64,000 nucleotides of DNA from Paraspadella gotoi (GCA_051294375.1 CM119263.1:268019-332018), one strand, 5' to 3'. Positions 48,776-62,066 are shown, counted from the first letter of the stretch. Notes: generated by a model from the sequence alone, not told the origin. Numbers and translations: made by a program.

Positions 48776-49570
48776 CACGAAATACATTTTACACCCGACA
48801 ATCCTACATGCTCTACATAAGCAATAAACTCGCCTTTCAATAACTTACCCATACTTACTAGTTACTACCCCATTTCCAATTGGTAATATATTTTTCGACA
48901 ATCGTGTACTGTAGAAAAGAACTTTTCACCAAAACGACAAAAAAACGACAGAAAAACGAAACTCGGAGGAAAAACATCAAACAAAGACGAAATTCGCCGT
49001 CTGTGACCTTTTTCCGCACCACTCTCTCTCTCTCTCTCTCTCTCTCGTTCTCCCTCTCGCCTCTCTTCTCTCGTCTGCTCTATCTCTCTGCTCTCTCTCC
49101 TCTCCTTTCTCTCTTTTTCTCTCTCTCTCTTCTCCTCTTTCTCTCTCTCTCTCTCTCTTTCTCTCTCTCCTCTTCTCTCCCTCTCTCTCACCTAATTAAT
49201 AATCAAATATGATTTTTTACTCTCTTATTATTAACTGCTTTGTTTTTTTTTGTTTCGAAACAAAAAAACATATTTATAATACATGATAATAATACATGAT
49301 ATTATAACAGGCATTGTGTATTAACGAGTAGTACCATGAAAAATTTTAATAAAAACGTTTGAAATGAGGTTTATTATTGTAATAATGTTTGTTATGTAAG
49401 AGTTTTAAAAGATTCAAATGATTTACAAATATTATTTTTAAAAGATTAAGAAGGTAATAATTATTTCAAAAAACGTCACAAAATAATAAATTATATTTTC
49501 GAGCTGAGCTGAGAACAGCGTTGAAATCTGGTCCCAGATGCAATATTCGTCGAAAAAAAAAAGAAGTGAC

Positions 49571-49627
<57 letters not shown>

Positions 49628-50108
49628 AAGTCGAATATATAAAATCTCGATTAACGTATAAGAAGAATAACAAAAGACTTACAAAATATATAATAATTTG
49701 CCCCACATTTTTGATAAGTAATATAGTAGGGCGCGTAACGGGATCCTAAGGCGAAGTCGTCTTTCTCGATTACGACTTTAATCTTCAGATGGTCTCCTAC
49801 TAATTTTCTTTTATAAATATTAAAACTATGAAGAAAGTATATCTCTTTTTATAGTAATCAATGGACTTGTATCATCTTCGTATCAAAATGGAAAAAATCT
49901 CAATACATCGTGATGCAATGTCTCATCACTCTTCCGGTTTAAAGATAAGTTACTACAGATGCTATGAAATGGAATGCAACGCAATAGAATGCAATACGAT
50001 CTAAGACAGAATGCCATCCAGACGACTAAGAGCGAGAATCTGACGATGAAATCATATCTTCTGAGAAATGAGTTCTCGTTAAACCAGTAATGGCCATAGA
50101 TTTTGATC

Positions 50109-50153
<45 letters not shown>

Positions 50154-50254
50154 CTCTCAAAGCCACAGTTTCTGCTTGAAGGTGAATTGAGATAAAGGAA
50201 TCAATTCTTGGCTCCCGATTCTCTTGAGGTTGGAGTGTTTATGATGCGGAAAGA

Positions 50255-50303
<49 letters not shown>

Positions 50304-50413
50304 AATAGACAAGAGAGACGAAGGCAAAAGAAGACGATGAAAACGAAAACAACAATGGACTTCGGGGATATTCGACGACGACGATGATGATGATGATGAT
50401 AAAGACAATGATT

Positions 50414-50462
<49 letters not shown>

Positions 50463-50890
50463 CGACGATGATGCTGATAAAGATGATGACGAGGATGATA
50501 AAGGCGATGATGATGAAGAAGATGATTATGATGATGATGATGATTATGATGATGATAATGGTGTTGATCCTGACAATGAGATTAGAGCCACAACCAACAA
50601 CAACGCGACAGACATCCTCTTCTGCAGTTGCGGCAAACGAGGTGCTGTTACAGCATCCTCGACTTGACTACAGCAGCATCACCCCTTCGAACATCTGGAC
50701 GGCATCTAAGGAGGATGATGGAGGAGGAAGAGGAGGAATAGGAAGAGGAGGAGAAGGAGGAAGAGGAGGAGGAGATCGAAGAGGATGACGATCTCGATGG
50801 CGAAGACGTTGTTGTCGTTGTTGTCGTTGTTGATGATGAAGAAGATGATGATGATTATGATGAGGATGACGATGACGATGATGATTATCA
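50255..50890. repeat. (GAC)n/(GAT)n/(GAG)n compound trinucleotide region
   Basis: Triplet runs with a short GC-richer core at ~50585-50705. The Asp-rich frame has no ATG-initiated ORF and stops at ~50665. Confidence 0.9.
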
Positions 50891-51636
50891 CAATCCCGAA
50901 GAATAAGTCCATAAGAAGAAAGGCGTCAAAAGCATTGATATCCGTTCTTCTCTCTTGTGATAAATGTCATCATTTCTTTTAATGATATTCAATGATAGTA
51001 AATGATAATCAATGATATAACAGCGATCCTCCCAATTATTGTCTATCTCTTTCTGAGCGGTCTCCATTATTCATTAATTGTTACGCTTTTATCATTCTTT
51101 TAATTGTTTGATACTTTTACTTTATAACGTCAGTTTGTGAAACTTTAAAAGCAAATAACAAGCGAGTCAGCTTCTGATTTAATTCATCGGATCCTTTTAA
51201 ATAGATATTAGATTTCTCAGAATTCTCTTTGCTTTCCCGCCCGAGTTCACTAGTTCAAGGTCACTCGACTCTCACAAACTTAAAATTTCTTCACGAATCT
51301 TGTGAAGATTCACTTCCAAACTTTCAATAGAAATTTCACTTCGCAATCTAGAATTTAGTCTCACTTGTAAGAAAAGTCTTAAACATTATTTTTTTATGTC
51401 ACTTTTGTATTAAATATCTTAATCGATCTGATGTCACTTTTTAAACCAAGACAATCGTCTTTGTCAACTTTGTTCTCTTCCCACTTCCACTGGTCATCAT
51501 CCTCGCTCTTCATTTTTTTTTGGCCTTCTTCACTTTTTTCATTTTGTTCTCAAACGTCACACTTCGAGAAAATTCACAATATGAGTCATCGAGTTCACGT
51601 CGTGATTGTCTCTCCTTCGCGTCACCCGGACACGTG

Positions 51637-51687
<51 letters not shown>

Positions 51688-52354
51688 TAATTAACGATCG
51701 GAATGAAAAAAACTCGGTCGACAGTAAATCAAATTTTCTTTGATTTCTTCTTCGATTCGCATTCAACACATGAATCATTTATTCATCGAGTTGAAACATT
51801 TGTTTTTTTTTACCGTGAGAAATAATGTTGACGACAATGACGACGACGACGATAACGACGACGACGACGATTACGAAAACGACAATGACGACGGCGACAA
51901 AATTAAACTTTTATTAAACTGGCGATGACAATGAGCGAGAAAAAAAAATAGGGTGTGAGGTTGCAATTTCTCTTCAGCAACGAGCAACGACATCAACGGT
52001 CTGCCAGAGACAAAGAGATTCTGACAGCGCAACTCTGTTTTATGAAGCAAATACGAATCACCCTGATTTCAAATCGCTACCACGCGTTTTGCTGTCTTAG
52101 CAGACTATTTCGGCGTTATATTCCCAGAACGCCCCATTTCATCTTAAGTTCGGTTTCGGCCTTATTTTCCCTGAACACCCCGTTTGAAAAGATTTGAAAA
52201 GATTGAAAGATTAAGTTAGAGGTTTGGGTTAGGGATGAAGGTTAGAGACAAAGATTTATGGTAAGGGATTAGCGTCTACGGTGCAAATCTCGCAAAAAAC
52301 ACCTAGAGTGAACGGCTGAATATCTGCGTTGCTGACCCCAAGAGGAGATAGAAA

Positions 52355-52405
<51 letters not shown>

Positions 52406-52560
52406 TAATCCAGTAGCAGACGGATTCCACCTGCTCACCACATAAATCACCAGATTTTTCTTTTAACAACCGAGAAATTTCTTATCAAATTTTTTTTTAA
52501 CATTCTAATTCTTCTTTGATATTTCTTTTTATTTCTTTTTTCTTTATATTCTCTATTCAT

Positions 52561-52601
<41 letters not shown>

Positions 52602-52612
52602 ATATCTAACTT

Positions 52613-52661
<49 letters not shown>

Positions 52662-52875
52662 TAAATTATCTAATTATATATTGTAAATATCTATCAAATT
52701 ATTTATCTTAAATTATCTAATCAAGTGACTTAAAATCCACCAACCGTTCACATTGGTCATTGGTGGGGCAAACGAGACATTCACGTCCCGAACCAACGAT
52801 GTCGGAATCTAACCCGAAGGTCACTTACCAATGAGGAGGGACGGGGCACCTCACCCAACTCATCCGAAGCACATT
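52561..52875 (-). mobile_element. Possible tRNA-derived SINE relic with (ATAG)n tail
   Basis: The minus strand has a weak A-box-like gatgagttgg and B-box-like cgggttagattccg (one mismatch to GGTTCGATTCC), in a GC-rich body followed by (atag)n at 52561-52661. Confidence 0.35.
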
Positions 52876-53104
52876 ATTACTAAATCTTAACAATTATTCT
52901 GTCATTTAACTAACATACGAATTCTCTAGGATAATTTTTTTTTTCTCGCTCGAGTCCAAATCGTCACTGGCCACATCTGGGATACTCTTTTGTTGATGCC
53001 AATTTTCGTCGCTTAGCAACGTAAAACCCTTGGGAACACGAAAGACGTTTTTGAGACAGAATGTCTATAAGGGCTTGTAGATGCGCATGTTATACCAAAA
53101 TATA

Positions 53105-53400
53105 GTCAAGTTACGTATGCATAAAATTCTAAAATGAACAACCTAATCTTGTCCTCATAAAAAAGCTGTTTAATAATTTTTTAAATTTACGCAGTAGGCT
53201 ATATTTATACCTAGTACTAAGCCTATAAATATTAAAATTTCAAAACGGTTTTTTGAAATTTTTATTTTTTTTTACAGATTTCAATTCATCATAAAAAGTT
53301 GATAAAAGGAAATATCACTCTTGTTCTTTGAATTTTAATTAAGTCAGACAAAAATTATAATTTGAACTTAGTTTTTTAAATTTTTAACCCACTTAGTATT
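53105..53400 (-). mobile_element. Truncated arm of the TAAGGCG MITE family
   Basis: tttacgcagtaggctatatttatac, cataaaaagttgataaaaggaaatat and tttttaacccactta match 6760-7045. Confidence 0.7.
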
Positions 53401-53991
53401 ATTTTTTTTAAAAATGATATAACAGCAATCGACCAACAAATGGACGATAATTCTTAAATTTCTGGAGGGAAAAAGGATATAATAATATTTTGCTTTTGGG
53501 TTCAACTTTTAATCCACAAATTTTCCTTGGACTAAGAATCTTAAGAATGATGATGGAAAAACGTAAAAGTTAAAAATTAAGAAATAAAATTAAGAATATA
53601 ATTTATAAAAATTAAGAAATAAAATTAAGAATATAATTGTGATAATCCTTTCTTTTCGTTGTTACAAATTCAAAAGCACTTTGTTTTCTCTAAAGAATAT
53701 AATTGATAAAAATAAAAACGAAAAAAAAATAAACCAAAGAAAAAAGAACGGTGTAAAAAAGTAAAGAAAAAATATTAAAAAAAGTTAAATACATTAAATT
53801 AAAAGAACTATAAAGAAAATGAATAAAGAAAAATGTAAGTTAAAAAGGTAAGAAATGGAAAAACAGAAAATGTCACAAATTTTTTTTGCTTCGCATTTTT
53901 TGTTTTTCTCCGAAAAATTTTTCTTTGATCCCAGAAAAAAATTTAGTAAGAAACTCGTTAATCAAATATCACATCGAGGCGGGGGACAGCG

Positions 53992-54038
<47 letters not shown>

Positions 54039-54339
54039 TGGTAACCCCGAAAAATGTTTCGTTTAACCAAAATAAAGCAGTTTCTTTACTCAAACGAAAA
54101 TCTTTCAATACAAACAAAAAAGCAAAAATCTTTTATTAAAATGTGAGTAATAATATGAGTAGAGAGACGGAGACAAAAAACATAAAATTGATTGAAAGAC
54201 TAAGACAAAAAGAGAGACAGACAGAGAGAGAGACACAGAGAAAAAGATAGAGAAAGATGAAAAAATTTAGAATTTCGGAGAAACAGGCAAGATAAAGCAG
54301 GATATAATAAAAGACAACAAGAGAAAGAAGCAAAAATCG

Positions 54340-54391
<52 letters not shown>

Positions 54392-54961
54392 TCCGTTTCA
54401 GGATCGCGTAACTTCCGAATGTTGACGACCTTCATGCTTGACTAAACCTAATCGGAATTTAAGGTGAAAATGACGAACGTAACAACAATTGGACCAACAT
54501 ATCGACGACGACAACAACGAGGAAGAAGACAACAACGACGAATACGACAACAACGACGACGACGACGACGACGACCAGGGACCACGCCAACTCATCGGAG
54601 ACTCGAGGGCGAAAAGATGTCATCTCCTCTTCTCCTCATCAGAACTCCGTCCCCCTCCCGGGAAAAAGCAGCGGCATCAGCAGCAGCTGCAGAAAGAGCA
54701 GCAGCAAAAGAGGGGACAGCGATTCAAACTCCAGCCGCAGCAGCTGCAGCGGAGAACATAGAAAGGCCATTTTCAACGGAAGAGATAACGACGCCCGGAT
54801 GTCGACGAAAACAGTGACAATAACAAAAGTGAAACAAGGACAGCGAAAACAGAAGACAGAAAACAACTAAAAGAATAAAAAGAAAATAACAAAAAGAATA
54901 AATTGCTCACATTTTTTTTTCTTTTTCTGATCGCTGACATTTTTTCTACGCTCTGGCTCCA

Positions 54962-55021
<60 letters not shown>

Positions 55022-55061
55022 GAGAACCCAGCCCAAAATATTTATCCACAAAAAAAAAAAA

Positions 55062-55104
<43 letters not shown>

Positions 55105-55333
55105 CAACGGTGACAACGACGACGACGACGACTACGTTGATGACGACGATGACGAAGAGTGATACAGGGAAGGGGGAGGAGGAGGAGGAGGAAGAGGAGG
55201 AGGAGGAGGAGAAAGCGTGGGATGGAGAAGAGATAGAGGACAGTAATTCGACACCTCTGGTTTCACGAAGTCAAATGAGACAAGAGCTTTTAGCGAATTC
55301 GTTAGAGAAACTGAAATGGGGAAAAAGTCAGAG

Positions 55334-55427
<94 letters not shown>

Positions 55428-56653
55428 GCATATCCCAGTGTTGACTTTGTGTTCTTTTGTTTAGGTTGACCTCGATTCGACCTCCGAACGACTTTCGCCT
55501 CCTCGAGTTTTGATGATGATCGAAAATCCTTCACTGCCCTCACTGGATACTGCGATACTGCGATACTGCAGATCCAAGGGCATGAAGAGGGGCATCTACA
55601 AAGCCCAGGGGCCCGGGCTATCAGGGGGGGGCGGCGGAAAAAAGCTCATGGGGCAAAAAATATATATATGAACAAAATATATGAGAAGTAATAGCTTTTA
55701 ATATTGTAAAATATTTTTGTACCGTAAAGAAATCATATGTGTGATTTTTTAAAAGGACCCAAAACTAATTATTAGTCTTAGTCTCAGACTTATTCTATGT
55801 CTGTGGATTATTATTGTATTGAATCAACTTTGTTGCATTCGGATAAAATCGCGTATTATAAATTGTTTAATTACTTTTTAAGGGAGTTGGATAAGCTTGG
55901 CTTTCAGGGGGCCCGGATCATTTAATGATCTAAAATTAAAATTTAAAGATTTGAATCAATCATTGTTTATTAATACCAAATTATTACCTTATTCTTTTCC
56001 TATTATCCTTTTTTCGATTTATTTTATTGCAAAAAAATCACAGAAAGAAAAAACTCAGCAATTTTTGTCACATTGAATACGAAACTCAGAGACAGAATTT
56101 TAGAGAAGCAAAATTTCCATCTTCTCCTTTAAAAATTTCCTTCTCTCTCTCCTCTTTTCCTCCCTCTCTCTTCATTCCCTCTCCTTCCCTTTTCTCCCTC
56201 TCTCCTCCTACTCTCTCCTCCATCCCCTCACCCCTTTTCTTCTTCCCCCTTCCCCCTTCCTCTCTCCCTCCCCCCTCCCTACCCCCATCCCCTTTCTCCT
56301 CCCGGACGCTTTCCCAGTTTTGCGCCAAACTTTTTCCAATTTCAGTTTTACCCAATTTTTTTTTCTGGTTTTAGTTGAACCAGAAAAATGAAACTCGATT
56401 CGATCCACGTTTTTGTCGTTGAGTTGTTATTGTTTTCGTCGTTGTTGTCGTCGTCGTCGTCGTTATTGTCGTGGTCGTTGTTATTGTTTTGTTGTTGTTT
56501 TTGTTAATATTTTCGTTTAGTTTTACGACATTGTGTACGTTTAATTTTCTTTGATTCATGATTAGTTATAAAATTTAAATGATTGAATTCAACAAAAAGA
56601 GATTTATAAATATTTCATTATTTCATTCTCAGGTACTCAGTTGCTTACTGTCT

Positions 56654-56782
56654 GGTGTGAGGACATTGTCACTCTAGGTGTCATAAAAATTTGAAGGTAT
56701 GATGACATTGTCACTTTAGGTGTCATAAAAAGTTGAAGGTGTGATGACATTGTCACTTTAGGTGTTATAAAAAGGGTTTGAA
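56654..56782 (+). repeat. 42-bp tandem repeat x3
   Basis: Units start at 56654, 56696 and 56738; consensus ggtgtgatgacattgtcactttaggtgtcataaaaagttgaa. Confidence 0.95.
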
Positions 56783-56835
56783 AGAAAGAGAAAAGTCATG
56801 AAGCTTCCTGTCTGAAACGGATTATTCGCGCCCTT

Positions 56836-56894
<59 letters not shown>

Positions 56895-57393
56895 ATCTCT
56901 CTCTCTCTTTATCTCTCTCACCCTCCCTCCCTCTCTTCTCCGATTTTAAGACGCACATCCGCAATTGGGAACTCATTTCCTGTCTTATCTTTCTTCTTCT
57001 TCTTCTTCTTCCTCTTCTTCCTCTTCTTCTTCCTCTTCTTCCTCTTCATCTTCTCCTTCTTCCTCTTTTTCTTCTTCTTCTTCCTCTTTCTCCTTCACCT
57101 TCTCTCTGTAATTAAATTTTAACCTGTAAGTAAGTCATCTTGTTTATTCTTGTAAAGTAATGTAATATAAGCCTTAGTTAATAATAGTAATAGTAATAGT
57201 AATATAGGCCTTATTTAATGTTAAAGATTTGGAACCTTCAGTTTTGACTTTTTCCTTACCTTTTAAAGGTGAGTGATTCACTTCCCTCCATTTCACTCAC
57301 CATTCACTTCCTCCTCATGACACTTCTTCCTCCGCTGCTTACTTTCCTTATCTTAGTCTCCAGGATTCAACTCTTTTTTTTTTAAATTCAAAC

Positions 57394-57443
<50 letters not shown>

Positions 57444-57624
57444 TTCTTTTCTTCCTTCCCATTTTCAAACTCCATAAAAAAAATTATTAAGAATAAATGA
57501 ACAAACTTTTCCAAAAAATAAAGAAACTTAATTATTTAGTTTATAACTTTAAACGATCAAAAATTTCCATCGACCGAGTCTGATTGGTCGCTGCTTGATG
57601 TTTTTAGTAGTTGAACAATGAACA

Positions 57625-57698
57625 TATATAAACTTGTTATCGTTAAAAATATATAAAGCTTGTTATAGTTAAAAATATATAAAGCTTGTTATAGTTAA
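57625..57698 (+). repeat. 27-bp tandem repeat x2.5
   Basis: cttgttatagttaaaaatatataaagc is repeated. Confidence 0.85.
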
Positions 57699-57794
57699 TT
57701 TCATTTTCAATCGCCTCTCCCTCTTTTCACTCCCAATGGCTTTCGTCTCTAAAGCATCATTTCGCTGTCACCCCCCGAGATCCTGCAGCCGATG

Positions 57795-57878
57795 ATGCTG
57801 CAGTAGCCGCAGCCCTCTTCGACACTGCAGCAGCCGCCGCCTTCCTCGACGCTGCAGCAGCCGCCGCCTTCTTCGACC
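57795..57878 (+). repeat. 27-bp GC-rich tandem repeat x3
   Basis: Units of ctgcagcagccgccgccttc(c/t)tcgac(a/g). Confidence 0.9.
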
Positions 57879-57948
57879 CCCTCCGCCTTCAAATTAAGCG
57901 ACACGAAGATTCGAGACCCTCTCTCTCTAACTTTCTCTCTCTTTCTGT

Positions 57949-58080
<132 letters not shown>

Positions 58081-58407
58081 GCAAGTATGAAGAAAAATCC
58101 AAAACGATGTACTTTCTGCGTAATGGGGAAGGAAGCTTTAAATCCAGATTGAGTTTAAAACCGTTCTTCGTCTGACTGACAACAACAGCGTAAAAAGACA
58201 GTAAAAAGACAGAACACAGTAAACAATTAAAAACTACACTGATAAAGATGTAACATAAAACACTAATATCAAAACTTATAACATTACTAAAATGTTAAAA
58301 CTACTTCATTAAATACCAACGCAGAGAATGGATTATCAAGTGGCTGATACTGTAAAGATACTGTAAACAATTTTTTTTATTAATACCAAAAACAGTATAG
58401 TTTGTAT

Positions 58408-58637
58408 TTATGACATGCAGTGTCTCAAATTCCGTCTTTTATACCTTATAGTTTTAGGAATTCCTGAAGGCGGTGCCAGTAGTCCCTAGGTTTGAAGTTT
58501 TTTTTGTCTTAACAAATGAGCAACTAACGATGGGCAAATAATATGCATTTTTAATGTAAGTGTGACAGACCGACGGAAAGACATACCGACCGACGTACCG
58601 ACCGACAGACCGACCGACCGAAAAGTGACTTTTAGAC
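58408..58637 (-). mobile_element. Internal fragment of DINE-1/HINE-like element
   Basis: ccttatagtttt..gaattcctgaaggcgg, tgtcttaacaaatgagcaa, a (gacc)n tract and gaaaagtgact, as in 22210-22415. Confidence 0.75.
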
Positions 58638-58888
58638 GTCCAGGCTATGGTTGATATATCATAGTATATAGTATACGTAGCTTTTGTCCGTCTAAAATGC
58701 GTTTGAGAATTTGAGAAAGGAGACAAAAGGGAAGTTGTACTTGTTCAAAATAACCTTTTGCCATATATTAAAATATTAAGATATTATGACACACATGGGC
58801 TCATTTTAGCTCAGCTACTCCCACTGATAATTTTTGTCAACCAAAAAAGAACATTTATAGTGATTTTTATAAGTATCCAAACTCTCAG

Positions 58889-59012
58889 CATTAAGATGGA
58901 TGAATGTCAAGATAGGAGACATTAGGGTGGACGGGCGTCAAAATTATAAACATTAGGGTGGATTAGCATCTAAAATAGAAACATTAGGTTAAACTGGCGT
59001 CAAAATTAGAGA
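58889..59012 (+). repeat. 31-bp diverged tandem repeat x4
   Basis: Units start at 58889, 58920, 58951 and 58982 (catta(g/a)g.tg...gtcaaaat). Confidence 0.85.
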
Positions 59013-60358
59013 CATTGTCTCAAAAAGGGAACTCTTTGACTTTGGCCCAAAATCGGATCAAGATTCTCTGATTTTCCGACAAGAAAGAAAATGTCGATTT
59101 CGACAACAAACATCGAGATTCTATCAAGAACCAAAAAAGAAAAAGAAAGAAAGAAAAAAGAAAAGTCATCCAAAAGAAAACACGCCAATATACATTCATT
59201 TTTTCGCCATATATAAAAAAAAAGGGAAAAAAAAAAACTTTAAAAATTTACATTTTTTCTCTCTTTTCCCGCAAAAACTGATAGTTTGGTGCCAATTTTT
59301 TTTTCTTAATCAAAATCCTTTAACCTTTTTGAGCTTCGCCCCGTTTGAACGAAATCTTTAATTCTCTCAATATAAAGCGACAACATTTTTTCGGACGAGT
59401 TACGCTACTTCTACTTTTAGGAGTGGCGAAACAACGTTTTTGGTTGAATTCCTTTTGTTCAGTTTTATTATGAAAGAGGCCCAAAATCATTAAAGCCACT
59501 TATTAATAATAATTAATAATAAAATAATAAAAAATTTATAATATTATTAATAACTTATAATTTAACTGTAACTATATTTATGATTTAATATACTCCGATT
59601 TTTTTTACTATACAGCTTTTCTGCCCAAACTATGCAATACTTTTTCTTTCAAAAAAAAATTTATTTTTAATAAATTAATTAGTTTAATATTTTAGAAATA
59701 ACAGGGACAACTAATTATGAAACTCGAGGAAAAGCTTCCCGGTTCCTTGAGAAAAAAAACCGCGATACCTTGAGGGGAAATTTTGAAGCTGAAAATTTTA
59801 AGGGGGAAATGTCGAAATATTTTTTAGGGGCAGAGAAATGTAAGGAATATGTCATCCCCTTAAAGGACTCGAGACTCAAAACGGCGGGGACCCTTGGAGG
59901 AGCGGGTAGAGAGAGGAGGAAAAGATGGGGAAGGGAAAATAAAGGTGGAGAATAAAAAAGTGAACATAGGAAAGAAGGGTGAAAGAAGAGATATGAGAAA
60001 AAATATTAATTATATTTACTTCATTAAAATTTTTGCGGAATGAAAACTGGAACAAAATAATATTAATATACCTTGATGTTTTTCTCATTAGTCCCCACCA
60101 AAAATATGTATCTTAAGCACGACCTTTTTCTACCGAATGATTGAGGTTAATATCAAATATCAAAGAAGGTAGGAATTGCAAGAGGAGGAGGAGGTGGAGG
60201 AGGAGGAGGAGGAGAATGGGGACTCTGGTGAGGAATAAAAGGCCAGTCAAACACGACGCCAAATTCACTAAAAGAGAGAAAAAAAAACTTGTGAAAATTC
60301 GAATTCTTGAGATGGAAAAAAATGACGAATTCGAGGATTTACAGGCAGCAAAGAAGAG

Positions 60359-60394
<36 letters not shown>

Positions 60395-61581
60395 GAGATA
60401 TGAGAAAGACGAGAGAGAGAGAGAGAGAGAGAGAAAGAAAGAAAGAAAATAATCTTCTAAAAAAAGAAATTGATTGATTGAAAAACTAAAATAAGCATTA
60501 ATCTTTCATTCATAGCCAAAGGAATCATAAAAAATATCGAAGCCAAATAAATTGATCATTGATCTGTGAGTCTCTTCAAAGTGATGATCCCTTTACTATG
60601 TATTCGCCTTTTTTCCTTTCAAATATCAAAATCTGTCCAATTCATTCGCTCGAGCAGATAACCCTTTTTCAAAGAGAACCTTTTTTCTGTCGCGTTGATT
60701 TTATTCTTGTTTTGAACGAATTGATTTTTGTCGTCGGAAAAATTAGTTGTCATTGTTATCTTCGTCTTTGTCATCGTTTTCGAAATCGTCGTTTAAGTTG
60801 ACGACGATGTCATCTTCATCATCGTCGTCTTCATCACAGTCGTCGTTTTCGTCATCGTCGTTATCTTCCTTGTAAAATATTGTCTAGAGGCGGTTTACGG
60901 CCGTCCTCACGCTTCTCGCAGAGTAGTTACCATCGGGGATCGATCCCGGTACCTAATTGTCCTGAGCTGAGGGTATTACTCAATGAGGCACCGAGTCAAT
61001 GTCATGCTAATAGGCGGGATAAACTTATTGCCAAACCCGACTACACTATTTATCCTTCTTTGTCATCCGTCGTTGTCATCCCTACTCCTCGTTTTTCTTC
61101 ATTGTCTTTCTCCTTATCTTTATTCTTCCTCGTCGTCATCGTCGGCGTCGTCGTCGTCGTCGTCGCCCACCAGTGAATCGTCATCATCGTCGTCGTCGTC
61201 GTCGCCCACCAGTGAATCGTCTGCGTCTTTTTGTCGCCACATTTTCTCCCCGAGACGAAAACGAGAGACCAATAAAAGTTTCATGGCCTTTATTGCCTTT
61301 TCCCTTCGGTTTTATTTTTTTTTACATCATTTTTATTCCTTTTTATTTTTTATAGTCAGGACATTTCAGTTTAAAGTCGGTCTGTCAGTCTATTAGTGAT
61401 TCCTGTTTCGCAAGTTCGCACTTAGCTTTGTAGACAAAGCTTGTTTCTAACTGTGTAACGACTTGGACTAATTTCGTTGTTGTAAAAGAAACACAAATTT
61501 TACTATTAAAAAATATTTCAATGTTGTTTTCATCAAGATTGAGATTTGTCTCTCGTCGCAATTGTGTCTTCAATTCCATCC

Positions 61582-61594
61582 GTTGCCAAGCAAC
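61582..61594. promoter_or_regulatory. RFX X-box consensus match GTTGCCAAGCAAC
   Basis: Fits GTNRCC-N-RGYAAC. This is a motif match only; no linked gene was identified. Confidence 0.3.
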
Positions 61595-62003
61595 CACCAC
61601 AAAATATCCACGTCACCCATAAGACCCATACTAACCCATACTCCACACTTTCTCACCACACATTTTCCTTATTTTTCTTCATCCAGATTCACAAATCTAA
61701 ATTCACCTCATTTTCATTTCACTCTGCCTCTTTTCACATTTAATCTTCACAAATCATAGTTCATATTTTCCACTGAAAGAAATCTCTCCACTCGCCAGTC
61801 CTGCTACATTTTCTTTGTTCTACATCAGCACTATCCTCTGGCTTTTAGCAGTAAATTTACCGGCTATGCAATCTCCCGAGCTCAAAATCATTTTTAATAC
61901 TCGAAAAATCATGTATTAATTTTTAAATAATTTTTGGAAGAGCTGAAGAATTGAAGCAACTCCCGGTTCTCACCTTTGCTCTGTGAAGTTATAATAATAA
62001 TGA

Positions 62004-62066
62004 TATGAAATCGGTACAACCAATGTAAAATCTGACTTTGGATACTGGATAGGCTTTGTTGGTTTA
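62004..62066 (-). mobile_element. Short, internally deleted 3'-end fragment of the ~335-bp family
   Basis: The minus strand reads aaaccaacaaagcctatcca..tccaaagtcag|attttacattggttgtaccgatttcata. Confidence 0.7.

Noticed and set aside
50243-50900. Asp-rich acidic protein exon
   Set aside because: The Asp runs fall in different frames with intervening stops, and similar GAC/GAT tracts occur throughout the window on both strands.
52755-52860. HDV/CPEB3-like ribozyme (ttcacgt and cctcctc loop-like motifs)
   Set aside because: I could not build the P1/P2/P3 nested pseudoknot on either strand.
54633-54642. CTGATGAG hammerhead box on the minus strand
   Set aside because: No stem II and GAAA follow at a workable distance.
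54464-54817. Ala-rich 117-aa ORF (AAASAAAAERAAAKE)
   Set aside because: It has a non-ATG start, is built on GAC/GCA triplet tracts and has no recognisable domain; similar GCA islands elsewhere have no ORF.
55570-55920. hAT-type MITE suggested by ggggcccgg motifs at both ends
   Set aside because: I could not define terminal inverted repeats or a TSD.
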